Shown one piece after another: positions 6,151 to 10,420 of a DNA stretch of 10,420 nucleotides. The translations under genes were made by a program, and so were the position numbers. The DNA lies in NCBI GenBank assembly GCA_042216335.1, contig JBDGTY010000034.1, positions 2,804 to 13,223 of the forward strand. The letters are read 5' to 3'. Position 1 is the first letter of the stretch. Each line of letters opens with the position of its first letter. The notes beneath the pieces were generated by a model that made no database searches, was not told where the DNA came from, and saw nothing but the letters and a program-made list of their open reading frames with translations. This DNA is from Candidatus Nanohalobium sp. Its GTDB lineage: Archaea; Nanohalarchaeota; Nanosalinia; Nanosalinales; Nanosalinaceae.

Positions 6151-9100
6151 CTACTCGACCTCCTTCTCCAAGATCGGGTCGTAAACTGTTTCGCCCGAAG
6201 AGTAGTACGGGTAGTAGACCAGCGAGACATCGGAATCAGGGAACTGGATCTCGATTTCCTCCCTTGTTACTTCCTTCTCTATCAGTTCATCCTCATTTAC
6301 ATTGTCCTCCTCCATTCCCAGATTGAACAACGATTCGACCACCTCAGTGCCCTCAAGCAGACCTTTCTTCTGGAGTTCCTCGACCTTTGAGGCAACTTTT
6401 GAGATACCGACATCAAGCTCGTCAACTATCTCCTGCTTGTCCTTCCCGTTCTTCAGGCAGTTGAAAACCTTTTCAGTCAGGCCGGAGACCGTCTTCCTCT
6501 CGGCCTTGACCTGGTCCTTCACGCCGTCGACCAGCTTCTTCTCGTTCAGGCCTTCGACAAGGTAGAAAGGATAATACGAACGGTCGAACTTCTCGCCGTA
6601 CTCACTCTCCACGTCATCCAGCTCCCGGCGAGGACTGAAGAACCTGATCTTCTCCTTCTCCTGGTAGTTGTCACCGGTCTGCGTCTCGCCGCCGTGCTTC
6701 GATTTCCTCGTCCGTACCTCGGTCATAACAGGATACTCGTTTCCAAGCGCGAAACAGACTCCCGGAGGAAGAGACTTAATCATCGACTCGACCTCGGAGT
6801 TGATGCCCTCAAAGGATTTTGAGATCGCCTTCAGGTCGTTCGGATTGGTCACACGGAGGATGAACTGAGTGTTACACTGAGACAGCACGTTCTTGTCGAT
6901 ACGGGCCGGTCTCTGAGAAATCACTCCTATACCCAGACCGAACTTCCTTCCCTCGGACGCTATCTTCCTCATTATATCGTTGCTGAGCGTCTGGCCGAAG
7001 CCTTTCTCCGGAACAAAGTTGTGGGCCTCCTCCATAATCATAAGGAACGGCGGAATCCTGTTCTCCTTCCGCATATCGAAAAGCTTCTTCGCCAGCATGT
7101 AAGCCGTCATCTCAGTCGTATCCGGTTCCACAGCCTTCAGGTTGATGACAGTCGCCCTGCCAGGCTCAACCAGATCCTCCAGGTCGATCGGATTCTGGCT
7201 GAAAAGACCGGACTCCTCCAGTTGCTCCAGATAGTTCAACAGGTTCCATTTAGCGGTAGAGTCCTCCTGCGAAACCGCATCTTCAATATCCACAAGAGAG
7301 TAATCATCGTCTTTCTCCTTCAAACGCTTCAAAGCATTGTAGAGAACCCCCATCTGCGAGTTGGTGAGGGAATCAGGGATAAGAGTCATCAGCTCCTTTT
7401 TATCGAGGTTCAGAGACGAGAACTTCAGCGGCAGAGCATCCTGATTGATGTCCGTGTTAGGGGAAAATTCCTTGACCTCGTAGCTCCTCTGTTCCTCTTC
7501 ATTCTCAGGATTAGGATATTGTAGAGAAGAATACTCACCGTGAGGATCCATTATAAGCACAGGAAAGTCGTCTTCAAGCAATTCCTCTATTATAACACCT
7601 GTAAGATAGCTGTTATGCGATACGATACCTCCGGTACCTGCGACAAAGTTGTGGTGTTCTCTGACCGTTAAGTCGTAGACGTAGCCCGAGTAATCTTTTT
7701 CTTCTATTGAGACTATCTCGTCCCAGTAAAGATCAGAACTTGCGAGATCGTTGAAAATCTGGCTGTCAAGTTCCTCTGCCATAGCCGAGAACTTCTCCCT
7801 AGAAGGTCTTCTTTCATCCCTCTCATAGAGAGAAACTAGTGTGGAGTGCGAATCTATCTCCTCCGCCAGTTCTCTCTGCGAGATCCCCACTTTGTTTCTC
7901 TCCTTCTTCAGGTAATCTCCTTCTAAGGGAACTACATCAGAGTTAGTGTTTCCTTCTTTCTCTCCCACATATTTCTCCAGCTTTTCCTGCTTCCTGTCTA
8001 TTCCAAAACCTATTTTTTCGGCGAACTTCTGCATCTGTCCGACTCCACTGATACATAACCTGTAGTAGGTATCTCCTTCGTGATCGGAATTGGTAGCCCT
8101 CTTCTCTTTAGAGGAGATTCTCGAAACTATTCCAAAGTCCAGAAGCATGTAGCTTAGAGAGTTAATAACTTCTTTGCTCGCGGACGCAAGGGTTACTTCG
8201 TGATCCTCCATACAGCCCTCACAGTCGTAGAAAGTCCTCAGAAACCTCCTCTTTGACTTCTTCGAGGAACGCATGACTCTATTTGGAACCTTCTTGGTTC
8301 TTGATCTCTGAAGAGTTTCGTATCCTATATCCTCAAGTAAGTGTTTCAGCGAGGTTGAGTCGATATAGTCAGCATTCTCTCTCATTTTGCGGGTTTCAAG
8401 CCCGAAAAGCTCTTTCGAAAGAGTCCTGAATCTCTGCATCAAACGTGTATCATCGTTGGTAAAGACGACTCTATAGCTCCCTCCAGCCTGCTGCTCTGCA
8501 CCTTCCGCGATGACTAAACTAAGGAACTCCGCCAGCTCAGGAGAAAACCTTTCAGGAACCTGGATGCCTTTCGAATTCATCGATAAAGCCAATCCAGAAT
8601 CCTCATCCGGAACAGACCCCTGATACTTCCACTTCTCGATAGTGCCTCTTGGAACATCCAGTTCTCCCTCCATGTCGGAGATACCCATACCTGTCTCCTC
8701 AAGTTCGCTGTATTTATCGTATTGTTCCTGTATATTTTCTCTTCTCTCGGATTCCTCACCAGCTCTAGACTTAAGTCCTTCAGAAAGCTCTAGACTCTCA
8801 TCCGAAGTCGTAGATATTTCACGAGGCACGGCAATATGCTGACCCTCTTCTATATCTCCCGACTCAACAAAGCTATAACCTTCCTCTGCAACCATCAAAG
8901 GATGTTCCCGAGTTACTTCTATTTCACGACCAGACGCAGTCTTTACCTCCAGAATTTTATCTGCTTTTTTCCGATAGGCGTAAATCGCATCAGCATCAGT
9001 AAAGCTGTAACTATCATCAAGAGCCTTTACAGAGCAATCATTCAAAATCCTCAGTTCTTCCTCATCATCCTCTTTAACCACCTGATCCGAGCTTTCGAAA

Positions 9101-9564
9101 ACCTTCTTTATCGGAACCGTGCTCCCGTCAGACATCAAAACACTTGTCTCAGGAGCCACACACTTCCCTGCCCCAGTCTGTGCCAGGACCGCAAAATGCT
9201 TGTAGAAGTCCTCTGGATCGACATGGATGTCAATCTCCGGGTTGGTTTCCAGGTTTCCGATAGTCAGGCCTTCATCGTCGAGCCCCAGTGTTTCCGAGAT
9301 AAGTTCCTGGTCCGCCTGGTAGACTATGCTGTCGGGCTCTATCACTCTTCTCGGCGCTTTCGTCAGCCCTTTGTCTCTGTACCCGATTATACTTGCCTGT
9401 GCGTGTGTTTCTCCATCCGAGTTCTTAGTCACTTCCTCAACCTGGGCGAGGATCCACTGCTCGTTGCTCTTCACCGATACAAAATCGAATTTCTTGACCT
9501 CTTCCGTCGCCCTGAACTTGAAGTTGGAAGTGTTGACCTCTCCTTCAATCGTTCCTACCTGCAT
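6151..9564 (-). CDS. herA: HerA/FtsK-family ATPase (HAS barrel + DUF87-type ATPase), intein-containing precursor of 1137 aa; 620 aa after splicing
   Basis: N-terminal HAS-barrel-like domain, HFAVLAQTGAGK|SY Walker A (split by the intein), IMDPHGEY, Walker B LMIMEEAHNF, SEGRKFGLG, ISQRPA. It may be a paralogue rather than the NurA-associated orthologue. Confidence 0.88.
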   Translation of the reverse strand: MQVGTIEGEVNTSNFKFRATEEVKKFDFVSVKSNEQWILAQVEEVTKNSDGETHAQASIIGYRDKGLTKAPRRVIEPDSIVYQADQELISETLGLDDEGLTIGNLETNPEIDIHVDPEDFYKHFAVLAQTGAGKCVAPETSVLMSDGSTVPIKKVFESSDQVVKEDDEEELRILNDCSVKALDDSYSFTDADAIYAYRKKADKILEVKTASGREIEVTREHPLMVAEEGYSFVESGDIEEGQHIAVPREISTTSDESLELSEGLKSRAGEESERRENIQEQYDKYSELEETGMGISDMEGELDVPRGTIEKWKYQGSVPDEDSGLALSMNSKGIQVPERFSPELAEFLSLVIAEGAEQQAGGSYRVVFTNDDTRLMQRFRTLSKELFGLETRKMRENADYIDSTSLKHLLEDIGYETLQRSRTKKVPNRVMRSSKKSKRRFLRTFYDCEGCMEDHEVTLASASKEVINSLSYMLLDFGIVSRISSKEKRATNSDHEGDTYYRLCISGVGQMQKFAEKIGFGIDRKQEKLEKYVGEKEGNTNSDVVPLEGDYLKKERNKVGISQRELAEEIDSHSTLVSLYERDERRPSREKFSAMAEELDSQIFNDLASSDLYWDEIVSIEEKDYSGYVYDLTVREHHNFVAGTGGIVSHNSYLTGVIIEELLEDDFPVLIMDPHGEYSSLQYPNPENEEEQRSYEVKEFSPNTDINQDALPLKFSSLNLDKKELMTLIPDSLTNSQMGVLYNALKRLKEKDDDYSLVDIEDAVSQEDSTAKWNLLNYLEQLEESGLFSQNPIDLEDLVEPGRATVINLKAVEPDTTEMTAYMLAKKLFDMRKENRIPPFLMIMEEAHNFVPEKGFGQTLSNDIMRKIASEGRKFGLGIGVISQRPARIDKNVLSQCNTQFILRVTNPNDLKAISKSFEGINSEVESMIKSLPPGVCFALGNEYPVMTEVRTRKSKHGGETQTGDNYQEKEKIRFFSPRRELDDVESEYGEKFDRSYYPFYLVEGLNEKKLVDGVKDQVKAERKTVSGLTEKVFNCLKNGKDKQEIVDELDVGISKVASKVEELQKKGLLEGTEVVESLFNLGMEEDNVNEDELIEKEVTREEIEIQFPDSDVSLVYYPYYSSGETVYDPILEKEVE
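7612..9162 (-). mobile_element. Intein (517 aa, residues 135-651) with LAGLIDADG homing endonuclease and HTH domain(s)
   Basis: Block A CVAPETSVLMSDG, block B IEVTREHPLM, block C LAEFLSLVIAEG, block E FLRTFYDCEG, block H SLSYMLLDFGIVSRI, block F YVYDLTVREHHNFVA, block G IVSHN followed by Ser+1. Removal restores TGAGKS. Confidence 0.96.
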
Positions 9565-9586
9565 GGCAAAAGTTTCTGAAGGTATA

Positions 9587-9594
9587 TTGATAAA
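9587..9594 (-). promoter_or_regulatory. Putative TATA-like box for herA
   Basis: TTTATCAA on the minus strand, 23-30 bp upstream of ATG 9564. Confidence 0.4.
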
Positions 9595-9618
9595 TTCCGG
9601 GCGACTGCCTAAAACCTC

Positions 9619-9626
9619 TTATATAA
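9619..9626 (+). promoter_or_regulatory. Putative TATA box for the divergent AT-rich gene
   Basis: TTATATAA preceded by an A-run, 20-27 bp upstream of ATG 9646. Confidence 0.5.
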
Positions 9627-9645
9627 GGCAAGTCAAACAGGTAGC

Positions 9646-10339
9646 ATGGAGAGCCAAATTGATGAAATAAGACAGGAAACAATGGAGAAGAAACCTGAAA
9701 TACCCACTTGGTTAGATGAAATAAATGGCATCTGGGCAGATATGTTTCATTCTGTTCTAGATGAGACTTCCGACGAGTACTTCGATAATGACATCATAGT
9801 CATGAGAGTAATGGAACTACAAAAGTTCCTTTACAAGATAGAATTTTCCCTTTATTCCGGGTTTTATTACTCTCTGAACAGAGATTTGCGTTTTTTTGGA
9901 GGCTTTTATCAGAGCATACCATATAGATGAAAAATATCCAGAAAAGAATCTGGAAGAAAAAAATCAGTTGCTGGCAGATATTAGAAACGGAGAAAAATCA
10001 GCTAATCTAAGCTGGAAAAAACTAGTTGGCAAATATTACTCCAATACTAACTTCGAAGACGACTTAGGAGATCTATATGGCAAATTATGCAAATACGTAC
10101 ACTCTTCTCCATCCGAATGGGAAGAAGATGTGATGAAAAATCCTGCCCACAGAACTACACCTCTTTTCAATGAGAAGGCGTTCGACAGAACACAGGAACT
10201 TACAGAACAGTTTTTAGCTGCCCTTACTTTAATCTTCCTAGAACGATACTTCCCTCAACAGCTTAATGACCTCAACAATTTAGAAAAAATACGTAAACAG
10301 ATTTTTAGCAAAGAAAAACCTTTCCCTGTCCAGATTTAA
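9646..10339 (+). pseudogene. Single hypothetical alpha-helical protein gene (about 230 aa) split by a frameshift in a T7 tract; true pseudogene, slippage site or sequencing error
   Basis: ORFs 9646..9930 and 9896..10339 overlap exactly at T7 (9891-9897). The joined reading gives GFYYSLNRDLRF(F)LEAFIRAYHID...LYGKLCKYVHS. ORF2 has only a TTG start, inside the tract. Visibly AT-rich compared with the rest of the window. Confidence 0.65.
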
Positions 10340-10340
10340 T

Positions 10341-10375
10341 AAAAAAGGTTCGCCTGTTCCGAGTTCGGCGGGCGA
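10341..10375. terminator. GC-rich hairpin next to an A6/T6 tract; possible terminator
   Basis: TCGCCTG (10350-10356) pairs with CGGGCGA (10369-10375), with an inner CCG-AGTT-CGG. A6 at 10341-10346 reads as a U-tract on the minus strand. Confidence 0.4.
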
Positions 10376-10420
10376 TTTAAGAAGATGCATGAGCCACTCC
10401 TAGACATGGAACTCGGGAAG

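Noticed and set aside
6302-9670. Plus-strand ORFs (for example 7021..7524 and 8836..9579) inside herA and the intein
   Set aside because: Antisense shadows with no domain signatures.
5955-10376. Similarity between the two hairpins (GGCGAGGCGAT versus GGCGGGCGAT) as a REP-like family
   Set aside because: The match is too short and there are only two copies; chance cannot be excluded.
10385-10420. Possible gene start MHEPLLDMELGK, or an SRP/RNase P RNA end
   Set aside because: Only 12 codons are visible and no diagnostic RNA motifs were recognised.
1-10420. CRISPR array, rRNA or transposase
   Set aside because: No regularly spaced repeats or matching motifs seen; nearly all sequence is accounted for by the genes listed.

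Overview
Compact archaeal chromosome segment. Acidic proteins, archaeal TruD/Pth2/HerA, overlapping genes and TATA-like boxes about 25 bp before start codons fit a halophilic archaeon, possibly Nanohaloarchaeota/DPANN (inference). Reading the minus strand from right to left: (1) a stand-alone HerA-type ATPase split in its Walker A motif by a 517-aa intein carrying a LAGLIDADG endonuclease and HTH domains; (2) tRNA-Val(UAC) with a 32-nt non-canonical D-arm intron (22/23); (3) pth2-truD; (4) a tightly coupled four-gene glycosylation operon: QxxRW GT2, GT-C membrane transferase, membrane-anchored thioredoxin-fold protein, and a polyprenol-P-sugar synthase/GtrA fusion that runs off the left edge and is missing from the ORF track. 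On the plus strand at the right end, an AT-rich gene is frameshifted in a T7 tract and followed by a GC-rich hairpin region.
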